Origin: Calcarisporiella thermophila CBS 279.70
Lineage: Eukaryota > Fungi > Calcarisporiellomycota
Length of the DNA stretch: 64,000 nucleotides
NCBI RefSeq assembly: GCF_041956535.1
Contig: NW_027192202.1
Location: 134,515 to 198,514 of the forward strand
Direction of reading: 5' to 3'
Shown piece by piece: positions 38,202 through 51,332 of this stretch. The position numbers and the translations under genes are program-made. Numbering within the stretch: position 1 is the first letter of the stretch; each line of letters starts with the position of its first letter. Under the pieces are notes generated by a model that did not search any database, was not told where the DNA came from, and saw nothing but the letters and a program-made list of their open reading frames with translations.

Positions 38202-41120
38202 CTTGGATGCAGAAGAGGCAAAACACGGATGATATTACCAGTGCTAATGAAGGGAATGAGGATGGGAATGTTTACTTTCAAAGAGGAGAAAAACTAAACA
38301 GAACGTGAGGAAGAGAGAAGTTGTGTTGGTATAAAAATCATTTGGATAGCAGAAAAAAAAACAAAGTGAGACCCGATCCTTTTATGCAAATCAATTTCCT
38401 CTTGTGGATTTATTGAAACAAACAAAACTCGATTAGGGCATCAATGGGATTGGACATTTTGTTAATTTCTAATTACCAGAAGCTGTGACGCTTCTAAAGT
38501 TCGTGGAGATTTATTCTGCATTCTATTATGCTATTGAAAGATATCAGCACGAAATAACTCATTATTTCATCCCATCCTTCACTCCCCCTATCCCCCCTTT
38601 TGTCAAGCCAAAGACAACGCTAAAATTCCCTACATCTACTAGTGCAGCGGTTCCCACAACACGAAGCTCTAATCGCATTGTTCAAATCGAAAGGCCTAGT
38701 GCGTAGAATTGCATCATGTAACTAAATGAAGTTTGGCAACTTCTGACGCAATGAGGTAGATTGCTCCGGTTTTCTACTAGAACTAGGTCAGAGCTTTTTT
38801 CAGTGGATCATTTCTACGATGCGCTAAAAGAACTAAACCTATTTTCGTGAGATGGATGCAAATCCGAAACTCTTATCCAATTTACTCTAATACTTTAATT
38901 GCATTGAAAAATTTTTAACAGCAATCGCGCTTTGACTTTCAATATTAATCACTCTTCTGTGTGGGGATATCCATACTTTTTAATGACTAGTATTCAGAGA
39001 GTGTACGATCTAAGTGGTACAGTTCAAAAACATAATGAATTTGGCTATGGCAGAGCAATCTTAATTGAATTGAATTTTAATGTTTGAAACAGACATAATG
39101 GAGTGCAAGATATTTGGTAATTGTGATTGCTTATTCTTATAAAAAATATAAATGGTGCAAGATGGCATATCAGTCAATTTGTAATACTAGATAGATCATT
39201 GTTTCCTCAAATACATATTTAAAATTCCTTTGTATTGGAGCCCTCTAGTCATTTAATCCAGCTTATATTATCGGTCAATTATTATAATCACTGATCGATA
39301 GAGGAAATTGACGGTAGTGAAATTTCGATAATAGCGTTAGAGTAAACTATTTCAATGACTTATTATTGTCCCTAATAAATTTCTCCGGAATGCTCTCCAA
39401 CATACCTTGTTTGCAAAATTTTTATTCAGGATCCTGCGATGACTTGCTGTGCAAACTAGATCCATTGTGCAAAGACAAGCTGTCTTGCAAGATTTGGCAC
39501 GAATTGTTTATCCGCAAATGCCGCAGTTAAATAGAGCTTACTGCTACCGAGATTTTTAAATATCGTCTACAAGATTTTTACTGTTGGCCTACGAGTAATA
39601 AAATTGATATACATTTTATCACACGATAATTCTGTTCACGGAGATGAGATATTCGGTGTTACGAGTTTGAGTACAACTAAATTTTAGATGGAATGGCTGT
39701 GACAGGAGTGAACAAGTACTACGATAAGGCTGAGGCATTATGAATAATCAACAGAAGCTCCAAGGGTGCAGTCACGTATATTTCTTTTAACATTATACAT
39801 GAATAATATATGAAAAATGGAAGGATCTGGTTTGTTCTACGTAATCTTTACCAGTTGAAAATTTTGCATTCAAATATATATTCTTTCTCAATTATATCAT
39901 ATTTTACCTACAGCGAAGGCAAATATGCTGCAGATCATTTGATTTAGTTGTTATGAGTGGGATGAGTTCGTAATTGAATTCTTGTTTCTGTCGGCATATT
40001 GAGAAGAAAAAAAACATTGACTATCAGATGTTTTCAACTCCTATTTAACTTTAAATATATTGACCAATGGCCAATATGCACATTGAATACTGCCAATATA
40101 AAGTAGGCTTTATATAAGCCCCAGTAATATTTCTTGAGAAATTTACAATTATAAATAAATAAAAAAAAATGATCCACTTATCTATTGTATGGTAAAGCAC
40201 TATTTCACTCGTACTTCATATTAGCTTCGCCCCAGAATCGCTTAAGATTCTAGCGTTATAAGGTTAATGCGTACGGAAGATAGTCAGCCTCATTTCTTTT
40301 ATTATAAGGCTTTAGAGAGTAGAAATGGATTCCCGAAATTTTGATATAATTGGCTTACTGGGAATCCTTGTAGGTCGCGAGAATTGATTGATAGCTTATA
40401 CCAAACACCTTAATGATATTTACCTCGGTCGAAACGCATGTATAATTCACAGATACATAGATACAAAGAGATATATTACAGCATTAATTCAAAGGGGTGA
40501 ATGCAGCGGAAAACCAAACTGTGTAATATACCGAGAACAAAATTATAAGTTTGAAATATCGTTCAGAGCCCTGTACACTTAAACTATTTCTTTTTTCAAT
40601 CACCTGCACATGTGTAGTTTAGTCAAAAATTTAAGAGATAGAGCAGAAATTTTTTCCCCGAAAAATACACCTGTGCATTTGGGAGTTGTGGGCTCTCAAA
40701 GTGGTAATTGAGCGCTGGTTGATGCACAAATCTTCTTACATATTGTTTGCAATATCAAAGTAAAGATACAAATTCTCGGGTTGGATTTTCTACTCTGAAC
40801 ACTCGTACAAAAATAAGTTTAAGTGTTGCACTCCATTTTATAGAAGTTTTGCGTGAATTTCACGACTTGTTTCCTCCACATGTAAATCCTTTCAGTAAAA
40901 TCTATTCGCGGAGAAGGTGGATGGTACACATAAAAAATTCATTGGAGTTACACTTGCCAGGTGGCTTACCCACGAAAAAAATATGTATATACCTGCTCCA
41001 TCTCCAAAATTGCAAAATGTATTTATTTACTTATTCTCGTTTTTAAGTCTGGGTTTGACGCTAAATATATTTATTACTCATATTTACTGGTCTTGTAATT
41101 TCATTCTGTGTGCATTCAAT

Positions 41121-42764
41121 ATGAGGCAGACCATATTCACCTTCTTATTAGCCTTATCTCTGGGGGTATTTGCACTTGGAAGCGGTCAGAATTCGCAATC
41201 ATTATACAAAGTTGAACATATTCAGTTAAAAGACTTCATTCGACAATCCAAACGCGTAGGTACGTTGGCTAGACCATGTCAATTGCTTCATAAGTAGTGC
41301 TTAATATTACAGTTGGTACTAGTTTTTAGTCATAGAAAGCAAAATGACACTTATATAATCAATAAATCAAACGATATTAATTGGCCCAGAAAATCCTTTT
41401 CTAATTATAATAGCTGTAAGTAGCGTTGCGAAAATTTTACAACTGTACCCTTCTAATGCTCATATACGCTTTAAACAATCCCCTTGAATTACAATTCTAC
41501 AGACGCCAAGAACCGGAAACATCCTCTCATGTAAAAGGTAAATGCGCCTATTTTAGTATAAAATATCTGCTAGCTCCAACAAATTCTTTTCAGACAAACG
41601 GGATAGCCTTGCTATACTCAAATGTGATTCTCAACATAAATGCCCGGGAGACAAGTGTTGTCAAAACGGCATATGTAAGGATCAGCCTTGTAATAAAGGC
41701 CGAGAAAGGTCACAAAAACCAGTACGATGTAGCTCATTGGATGACTGCCCTAGCGATAGTTGCTGCCAAAGTGGTCGATGCCAAATCTGCAAATCTCAGC
41801 CTGAACGGCCCAAAAAGTGCAATATCAGTAAAGATTGCCCAAATAAAACCTGTTGCCAGAATGGCAGGTGTCAAAATTCCCCTTGCAGAGCGACAACAGC
41901 ACCGAAACAACCAAATCGTTACCGTTGGACTTATTACTGGCTTGCAGATGAAAGAAATGAACCTAGTGGTCGACCCATTAACCAACGACTCAAAACATGC
42001 AAAGGAGAATTGTTACATAAAACCATCCGTGAGTTTGCCGAAAAGGCAAGGATGGAAGGAACCGCAATTTTGAGCGACGGGCGAATGGTTAATTTGGGTT
42101 GTGATTGTAAAAAAAGCTTTTCTTGTTTTATGCTGGTAGACACCAAATCCTATCCTTATGGCATCGGCAAAGATAATCGACCTTTGGATCCATTCGTTAG
42201 TGTTGGTATGTACTTGCATAGGAAATATCTCTTAAAACCAGTTCATTTCTAAACCACGGGCCTACTTTCAATTTTCGGATAGCCTCCAACTCACACTCTG
42301 CTGGCACTGTATTTTATGTTTCTGACCTTGATGGCTGGATACTTCCAGACAAAAAAACCAAGCATAATGGATGCGTGAGAATTGACGATGAGGGATGGAG
42401 TTTGGAGAAATATCATCTGGATTTCTTCGTGGTGACGGAAAGCAACTATAAATATTTTGACCAGATCCATGCTATTGAGAATGTTGACGCTTGTAAAAAA
42501 GATTGCGAGTTGTTGAATTATGGCAAGTGGTACTCTTCCACAACACAAATTTATGTGAATTAACTAATATCGTTTACAATAGCGGAAAAAATGGGAATGC
42601 CTACCGTGCCTGAACGGTGTAGAAATGGTTCATATAACGTGAACTCACCACCAGAAAAGTGTAAGTGTGATTCAGATTGTCCTGAAAATCATAGTTGCAA
42701 GAAAGGGAAGTGTTTGAGCGGCTCATGTAGCGGTAAATCGTCTTCAAACCGCCAAATCCAATAA
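41121..42764 (+). CDS. Secreted Cys-rich-repeat protein with 3D (MltA-like) domain
   Basis: Signal peptide MRQTIFTFLLALSLGVFALG; C-x5-C-x4-CC-x2-G-x-C repeats; TYYWLADE..RMEGTAILSDGRMVN..PYGIG..LDPFVSVA..LDGWILPD..HNGCVRIDDEGWSL..HLDFFV. About 6 exons inferred. Confidence 0.7.
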
Positions 42765-44394
42765 TCTATTCGTTTTTTCCGATGAATTTTTTGAAAGTAG
42801 ACTTTCAACCCATTTCTCTCTATGCGATTATTTGTTGATATTTTCTGCTACTAAAATTCAATCTACTGATACTACTCTCCTTGAATGAATGAGCCGTAAA
42901 AAATCTTTAATGAGACATGTGCATCAATTTGTTTTGTTCTCTAAAGCATTTCAAATTGGTATATCAATAGGTCGTTCAAATTTATCTTCATCACTCTTGT
43001 AACCAGTATTCAATTAATCGTACGCTAATTAGGTGATATATTTTATTCTATAGCATTCTATTAATAGCTAAAACAATTAATATTGCATTTCTTATCGAAC
43101 TCCTTTTGCACAGAAGCTTTATTTTTTGTTTATATAAGTTATATTTTTCTCAAAAGATATTAATCATATTGAACTTAATATTTCTCTAGAAAACCATCGA
43201 AATTTTCTACTTAAGTTCTTTTCTTTGTTATCACACTTAACCCCACGATTATCTTAAATGGGTGTTTTTTTCAATGTGTCTCTTAAAATGTGACCATCTA
43301 CTTTTGGTAAGGTGTACCAAGTAAAGAAAATCGGGCGTCTACCAAATTAGCTGTTAGAAATAGTTAGATTGGAAAAGTGAGGCTGCTAGATCAAGCATGA
43401 TAGCAAGGGTCCAAAATGATGCTTGTTTACTCCCATGTGGATTAACGTGGGCAATATTTTTAGATTTAGTTGCTATTCAATCTAATATTTACATGGGGGT
43501 GTGAATATTTACTAGAAGACCTCGGGGATAAATCCTATTTGCTCTGATTTAAATATTACAAATTACCTCCTTGCATAAGTTAAAAAAAAAAAGATTCATA
43601 TTACCCTGCACCCTGGAATCCATTCAACATACAGTAGGTAAGGTTGAAAGGGTGGATAGAACAATGAAATGAACATAATGCTCTCTACATTTTACTCTTA
43701 CGATTATTTGAATTGAGATTTGTTGCACGGAGTCCACAAACTATAGAAATGCTTTTCGGGCAAGCAAATAGAAAAAAATTACATTCCATTACCTATAATA
43801 TTTACATAGGCTTTCACTCGCATGATCATCCCACTTGGCCCTGGCATGAGAGCATGTTTGAAGATCTACAAAATCATATTTTTACTTTCGGCAGAAGCAA
43901 TCCTGTTCGCCGAGTTTAAAACCGAAGTTATTCGGCTAGCCTTAACGCCTAAAATAAAACACATACAAAATCATCTTTTTATGACGGGACCATGGCTTTT
44001 CCATTCCGATTAAAGCCAGGATATAGAGAAGTGCCCGAGCGCTCCTCGACCGCTACAACATAATTTCTCTATTTCTAGAGAAAACAACAAGAAAGCTTGT
44101 CATATATAATTTCCAAAAAAAAACCGTTAAATCCTTCTAAACTTAATGTAAACGACGCATTTTAATTGTAGGTCTTATAAGAACAAAGTGATTGTCATCT
44201 TTCGTTCGGTCATTACAAAATTTAAATAGATTAGCTCGGTTTGATTGACATTTGCAGGTAGATCCCTAAAAAAATACCGTTGCTTCGTTATTTTATGCTA
44301 TCTTAAACAACATATTTTCTTTTTAAACCTTCCTGGTGCTTGGATAGACTCGATTTCTCATTTTTCCCAGTCAAAAACCATTTCCATCTCTAAT

Positions 44395-46927
44395 ATGAGG
44401 TTCATCGCTCTGACAATAGCTTACCTTGGGGCACTTATGCTCTCACAAGCTGCTCCCAGTGGAAAACGTCGCGATCTAGAGGACACTTCGACCGATGCAC
44501 AGAATGAAAGTAAGCTGGGCATCCTCAATACCAATATAAACTCGGACACGTACTATCATCATCACCACCATCATCACGATGACTGGGACGATGACCATCA
44601 CCACCACGATGATTGGGACGATGATCACCACCAGCATCACCATTGGGACGACGATTTCGTCAAACGTAAAATTCCTGTAGAGTCCGAAAATAATGCACAA
44701 AATGAGAGCAAGCTAGGCCTCTTTAACACCAACTTTAACTCGGGAGTATATTATTCTCACGATCACCACTATCATGATGATGATTGGGACGATGATCACC
44801 ACCACGATGATTGGGATGACGATGATCATCACCATCACCATCACCATCACCATCATTGGGACGATGATTTCGCCAAGCGTGAAGTCCCTGAAGAATCCGA
44901 AAGTAGTGCACAAAATGAGAGTAAACTTGGCATTGGCATCCTAAACACTAATATTAACTCGGACACACATTACTCTCATGACCACCACCATCATGATGAT
45001 TGGGATGATGATCATCACCACCACGATCACCNNNNNNNNNNNNNNNNNNNNNNNNNNNNNNNNNNNNNNNNNNNNNNNNNNNNNNNNNNNNNNNNNNNNN
45101 NNNNNNNNNNNNNNNNNNNNNNNNNNNNNNNNNNNNNNNNNNNNNNNNNNNNNNNNNNNNNNNNNNNNNNNNNNNNNNNNNNNNNNNNNNNNNNNNNNNN
45201 NNNNNNNNNNNNNNNNNNNNNNNNNNNNNNNNNNNNNNNNNNNNNNNNNNNNNNNNNNNNNNNNNNNNNNNNNNNNNNNNNNNNNNNNNNNNNNNNNNNN
45301 NNNNNNNNNNNNNNNNNNNNNNNNNNNNNNNNNNNNNNNNNNNNNNNNNNNNNNNNNNNNNNNNNNNNNNNNNNNNNNNNNNNNNNNNNNNNNNNNNNNN
45401 NNNNNNNNNNNNNNNNNNNNNNNNNNNNNNNNNNNNNNNNNNNNNNNNNNNNNNNNNNNNNNNNNNNNNNNNNNNNNNNNNNNNNNNNNNNNNNNNNNNN
45501 NNNNNNNNNNNNNNNNNNNNNNNNNNNNNNNNNNNNNNNNNNNNNNNNNNNNNNNNNNNNNNNNNNNNNNNNNNNNNNNNNNNNNNNNNNNNNNNNNNNN
45601 NNNNNNNNNNNNNNNNNNNNNNNNNNNNNNNNNNNNNNNNNNNNNNNNNNNNNNNNNNNNNNNNNNNNNNNNNNNNNNNNNNNNNNNNNNNNNNNNNNNN
45701 NNNNNNNNNNNNNNNNNNNNNNNNNNNNNNNNNNNNNNNNNNNNNNNNNNNNNNNNNNNNNNNNNNNNNNNNNNNNNNNNNNNNNNNNNNNNNNNNNNNN
45801 NNNNNNNNNNNNNNNNNNNNNNNNNNNNNNNNNNNNNNNNNNNNNNNNNNNNNNNNNNNNNNNNNNNNNNNNNNNNNNNNNNNNNNNNNNNNNNNNNNNN
45901 NNNNNNNNNNNNNNNNNNNNNNNNNNNNNNCACCACTGGGGATGACGATTTCGCTAAACGTGAGGTCTCCGAGGATTCTGAGGGGAGTGCACAGAATGAG
46001 AGTAAGCTCGGTATTGGCATCCTAAACACCGATATCAACTCGGACACATATTACTCTCATGATCATCACCATCATGATTGGGATGACGATCATGATCACC
46101 ATCATCACCATCACCATCACCACTGGGATGACGATTTTGCAAAACGTGAGGTCTCCGAAGATTCTGAAGGAAGTGCACAGAATGAGAGTAAGCTCGGCAT
46201 TGGCATCCTAAACACCGATATTAACTCGGACACGTATTACTCTCATGACCACCACCACCATGATGATTGGGACGATGATCACCACCACCACCACGATCAC
46301 CATCACCACCACTGGGACGACGATTTCGCCAAGCGCGGAATTCTTGACGGATCCGGAAATAATGCACATGTGGGTAGCCATATAGGCGTTGGAAACTCCA
46401 ACTTTAACTCGGACTCACAATATGCTGAGAATAACAATGCCAATACCTACTCAGATGGCAATTGGGATAACTCAATCTATCAGTATGATGGAGGTGAACT
46501 CGAGAAACGTGGCATCCTGGATGGATCCGGAAATAATGCTCAGATCGGCAGCCATATTGGTGTTGGTAACACTAACACTAATTCACATTCCAACCATGCT
46601 GAGAACAGCAATGCAAACACTCATTCTGAAGGGGATTGGAATAATTCGATCTACCAAGGCGATGACTGGGACGATGATGATTGGGATGAAGACGACTGGG
46701 ACGATTTTAAAAAACGAGGAATCCTCGATGGATCATTGAACAACGTGCAGCTTGGTAGTCATATTGGAGTTGGTAATTCTAACACTAACTCACATTCCAA
46801 CCATGCTGAGAACAGTAATGCAAACACCCATTCAGATGGGGATTGGAATCATTCGATCTATCAGGGGGATGATGACTGGTGGGATGAGGACGATTTTGAT
46901 AAGCGCAGAGCCACCGCTCGATCTTAA
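44395..46927 (+). CDS. Kex2-processed repeat protein (KEP) with His/Asp/Trp-rich and Asn/Gly/Ser-rich peptide repeats; spans an assembly gap
   Basis: Signal peptide MRFIALTIAYLGALMLSQA. Tandem KR-delimited units AQNESKLG(IG)ILNTxINSDT-(H/D/W-rich)-FAKR occur on both sides of the gap, followed by three KR-GILDGS units; stop at 46927. Confidence 0.85.
44473..46336 (+). repeat. Tandem coding repeat, type A (about 180-200 nt units)
   Basis: At least 5 unit starts visible, each containing gcacaRaatgaRagYaaRct..aactcgg and cac/cat/gat runs. Confidence 0.9.
45032..45930. other. Assembly gap (899 N) inside the tandem repeat
   Basis: Run of N flanked on both sides by the same His-rich repeat. Confidence 0.99.
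46337..46906 (+). repeat. Tandem coding repeat, type B (3 units GILDGS..ENxNANT..NSIYQ)
   Basis: Three near-identical KR-delimited units. Confidence 0.9.
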
Positions 46928-47337
46928 TAGTACGTTTTTAGCTTAAAAAATTTGGTTAATTAATAACTGCTTCTACGCGTTTTAGTATTAATCGCTACTA
47001 TTAATTTTTGCATAATTACATATTGGATGAAAAATTATTATATTCAACCGGTTTTCCCTGGAAATACTGTGCTTTTTGTATGCCTGTGTTTTGTATGGAT
47101 TTATTCTTTAATGTTTATTGGTATTAATAATAAGTCTTTTTATGATAATTTATTTTCAGTATAGCCCGAGCTACATAATTGCCTAAATGGGGGATTTTCT
47201 CTCCGATTAACTTTAATACTCAGAATTCCAAGCCACTAGATTTTTCAAAAATATTTGCTAGTAAGAGTGAGGGGAAATATCTTTGTGAACCGTTCCTTTA
47301 TATTTCTACATCTCATCTTTTTATATCTGGCTCAAGG

Positions 47338-50300
47338 ATGAGCTCATCAAAAAACACCAATCCCCAAAAGAATAATGGGGTTGTGCTGGCTCGGGTAATG
47401 AAGGTGTTTGAGCACAATCATCTCTGTTGTTTTAATAGGATCTATTATTGAATTCACCAGGTATCCGGAGAGCTTGTTACTTATTCGCACACTCTTTTCG
47501 CCTACTGTGAGTACTTTCATCAGTATTATTTGTCTTCTTCTGGATTTGTTCCGCGTTTCTAGCATAATATTATAGCTTCTTATAGGCCATTTAGTAATCT
47601 TTTGTTTTAACTATTAGGCGCATTTTTTATTGCCCTCATCGTTGGATGCTACACTCACTACTACAAAATTGTCGAAAATGAATTTTATGGTTATCCAATA
47701 GTAAGCCTTTTTAATTTTGTTCCTTGAATATTATAAAGGATAAATTTTTCTCCAATTTTTAGGAATGGTTCCCTAGTGTTAGTGCAACTATTGGTGACCG
47801 CTATCCCGCGCGTGCTATTTTTCAAATTTTTATTGCTTTAACTTCGGGTAAGATTCTGTTCTGAGTAAAGGCATTTTCACTTTTCTACACTTATCCACTT
47901 TCTTCTAGGACCTCGCTTTGCCCTTGTTTTCCTTTGGTATCTTATCTCTGTGCGTAATAAGCCTGGAGCCCACGTCTGGCAGAAATCTTTATTGATTGTG
48001 GGGCTTCTACGCACTGTTGCATGCGGAGGCTGGGTCTACGTTACTTCTACAGATGACCATTTTCTGCACGACGTAGCCATGATAACTTATCTCGTGCTTA
48101 CCCTCCCTTGGATGGTAGGCGGGATTCTGAGCACGCCCATAGAACTCCAACGCTCGCTACGGATGCGCAAGAGGCTCTGCTACACATTTTTTGGAAGTTT
48201 AATACCTCTGGTTTACTTGTTTATTCAACACAAAGTACACCATGTACCTGGGGGTAAATTTTGTCCTTGTTATATTTTCTTTTCAGTATTTAACTCTGAT
48301 AATTTTAATGTAGCCTATACCTACTATGCATTCTTTGAGTGGTCTCTTATTTTATACGATGTTGCCTTTGATGCAGCTACTGCATTCGATTTCTGTCAAT
48401 TTGAGTTGAATATTGTGGATATTTCTGGCATCAGTTCAATGCCATCAAGTAATCAAGGGTAAGCACTCTAAAAAAATGATATATATGATGTGTCGTTTAA
48501 CTATTTTTATCATTTTAGTGCTAAAAAATCCTCTAGACTTACACCTACGCCTTTTGCGGAAATTCGTGGATTCGTGTCCGAGGTGTATTTGTGTAAGTAT
48601 ATACATATCATTATGCTTATACTTACTATTCTGGTATAAACTCTATACTCTCTTATGCACAGCTTTTGTTTTCTGGAGTATGTTGACATCACTTGCACTT
48701 TTAATTTGGTATTTTCCACTGTGGCATATGGGGCTTTCAGGATATGAAGCGTTCCTTTTCATCACTCTCTCACCTATGCTACTTGGTATTAACTCTCTCC
48801 GCAGAGTTGTCAGCTCTTACCGAGGATTCTTTCACCTTATCTCGCTTATATCGCTTGCCTCATACAAAATTTCCGATCCGACCAACCGTCTCACGGTTGC
48901 TGCCATTGGCCTCTCAATTAGTATTCTCACCTATACCGCCTCTTGGGTAGACCTAAAAGCACGCTCTGGTCGCCTTGAGCGAGACGCTATTGCTATTGTT
49001 CTCGGCCTCATTTTACATAATGTCGTGAAGTTAGCATGGTGGGCTAACAACCCCATTTGGCCCATCATGCATGGACCCAATGGCGGGCGCAATGGCCTCG
49101 GATTGGCACTCGCAGTGATTGCATGCATTGATTTAATAATTCGTGATTCAATGGTACCCTCTGTACGGATTGCATCAGACAAAACTCGTCCGAAAAAACA
49201 CTGGCTTAGTGCATCCTTTGGACTTGGTGCGCTTCTATTTGCACTTCACTCTCAACTTACCGATACGTCTGCCCTCATGCGCTGGGTGGTCGATGGATAC
49301 CCGAACACCGGCCCAATGCCTATTCCTTGGGCCCCCTTACCAATTGCTGCTATGGTTATCGGTGTCATGCTCTCCATGAACCGTCGTATAACTACTAGCT
49401 GGCTGTGGTATCTAATTGGTTGCGCTGGTAGTGCCATCCTTGTGCTTTATTCAGCTTGGAACGCATATTTTGGTGCCCTGCTTTTGACGATTTACCTTAT
49501 CTCAATTACCCCTGCGTTTATAATCTCTGCGTCAAACTACCCTCCTGGTCGTACCTTCTTTACTGCCATGATGTGGTACAACATTCTCTGTTTGGCTCAT
49601 GTGTGGGTTGTGGCTTATGCGTTCGTGCCGCTGGGTGAATATCTTCGAGAGCGTACTTGGGTTGTTGTTCTTATTACAATGTTGTCTATTGGATGGGGTG
49701 TTTATAATGCCAAGTCAATGCCCACTCCCAAAACCATTCAACTTAATGTTTCGAAAAGTGTTCGACGCTATGCGCGTGTAGTCTCCATAATACTACTGCT
49801 TTTATCGGGTGGCATTACAATGATGCGTGTATCAATGGCCAAAACACCAGCGCCCTACCACCCCGAGAATAAATCTTTCACCGCTGGTATTTGGACTATT
49901 CATTTTGCTCTCGACGATGATATGTGGGCAAGCGAGGTACGAATGCGAGATGTTATTAAAGAATTGGAAGTAGATGTGATTGGTGAGTATGCATCCATTT
50001 CTTTTCCGTATAACACTATAGTATTCATATGTGTTGCTAACCATTCACTTTCTTTCGTATATTTTTTTAAGGTCTCTTGGAATCCGATACGATGCGAATC
50101 ATCATGGGCAATCGGGATCATACTCAATTCCTATCTGAAGACCTAGGCATGTACGTAGACTATGGTCCAGCCACTAGCAAACATACATGGGGTTGCGCTA
50201 TGCTTAGCAAATTCCCCATTATCAACTCTACACACTATCTGCTACCATCACCAAAAGGTGAGCTTGCCTGCGCTATCCATGCCACTCTTGATGTCTATGG

Positions 50301-50775
50301 ACAACCAGTCGATTTCATTGTAAGCCACAACGGCCAAGAAGAGGATCTACTTGACCGTCAATTGCAGACACGTGAACTTTCACGTATCATGCGCGAATCC
50401 CCTAATCCATTTGTGTTTTTGGGTTATGTGGTGACAAAGCCTTTTGGTGAATTATATCAGACGATGGTCAATGACGGAAAGGTTCACGATATCGACACCT
50501 CTGATAGTTGGGATCGTTGGTGCGAATATATCTTCTATCGTGGACTGAAGCGCACTGGCTATGCACGTGTATCGCATGGAAAAATCACCGATACCGAGAT
50601 ACAACTCGGGAAGTTCCAAGTGTTGGATAATCCGCACACTTGGGAAGGCCCAAGTTACAACCGTATAGAAGAGAAAGATGTTCCCAATGAACTGCGATTC
50701 CCCAAGCAGTTTTATCCACCGGGAGTTCGTGGACATCGGTACCACGTGTTTGATGAGCCAAGATACTTCAATTAG
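47338..50775 (+). CDS. CWH43: CWH43 GPI-lipid remodelling protein (Frag1/PGAP2-like + PGAP2IP domains)
   Basis: Motifs [14 protein letters not shown]|[109 protein letters not shown]. Confidence 0.93.
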
Positions 50776-51332
50776 ATGTGTGTGCATTTTTGGATTATAA
50801 AAACTACTCTGCTATATAACAAAAATAAAATATATTTTCTACAATTATGGAATAATCTCCACTTTTGTAATTTTTTACATGCAAAATTATCAACCGTTAA
50901 AACTCTACAGTTTTACGTAGATATTTTAAGTTATTTACTATTGGCCAAATACGTGAGTAATGCGGAATTTGAACTAGATATGTTCAAAAGTGGCCTGATA
51001 AATAACTCTGGCTCAGAATTGTCCTTATTGTATGCCCTGTTGGAATTAGCCACTTAAAGGCTCTCGAACATTATGCTTTTTTTTCCCGCGGTTGTAGATA
51101 TATTGCCATTGTTGGTATGATACCGGCGGTACCCAGCGCAATCTGGAAAATAAATGAAGTTGTAGTGTCGATTAGAAATATTTATATACGTTTAGTTTAT
51201 TGTATATAACTAAGCATGGCGATTTTAATGTTTTCAAATATAAAATGATTTATAATAATAATATTTAATTTATATGCATTATATGAAGAGAAGAAGTAGC
51301 ATATATGAATATTATTACTATATGCTATCTAA

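Noticed and set aside
45931-45945. Apparent frameshift (extra G in cactggggatgac) suggesting a pseudogene
   Set aside because: Lies at the contig edge next to the N gap; most likely a sequencing or assembly error.
44473-46906. Repeat array as CRISPR or as a dikaritin-type RiPP precursor
   Set aside because: The repeats are in-frame coding units in a eukaryote. No DUF3328/UstYa or tyrosinase gene is nearby, and the local P450 is better explained by the PUL-like cluster.
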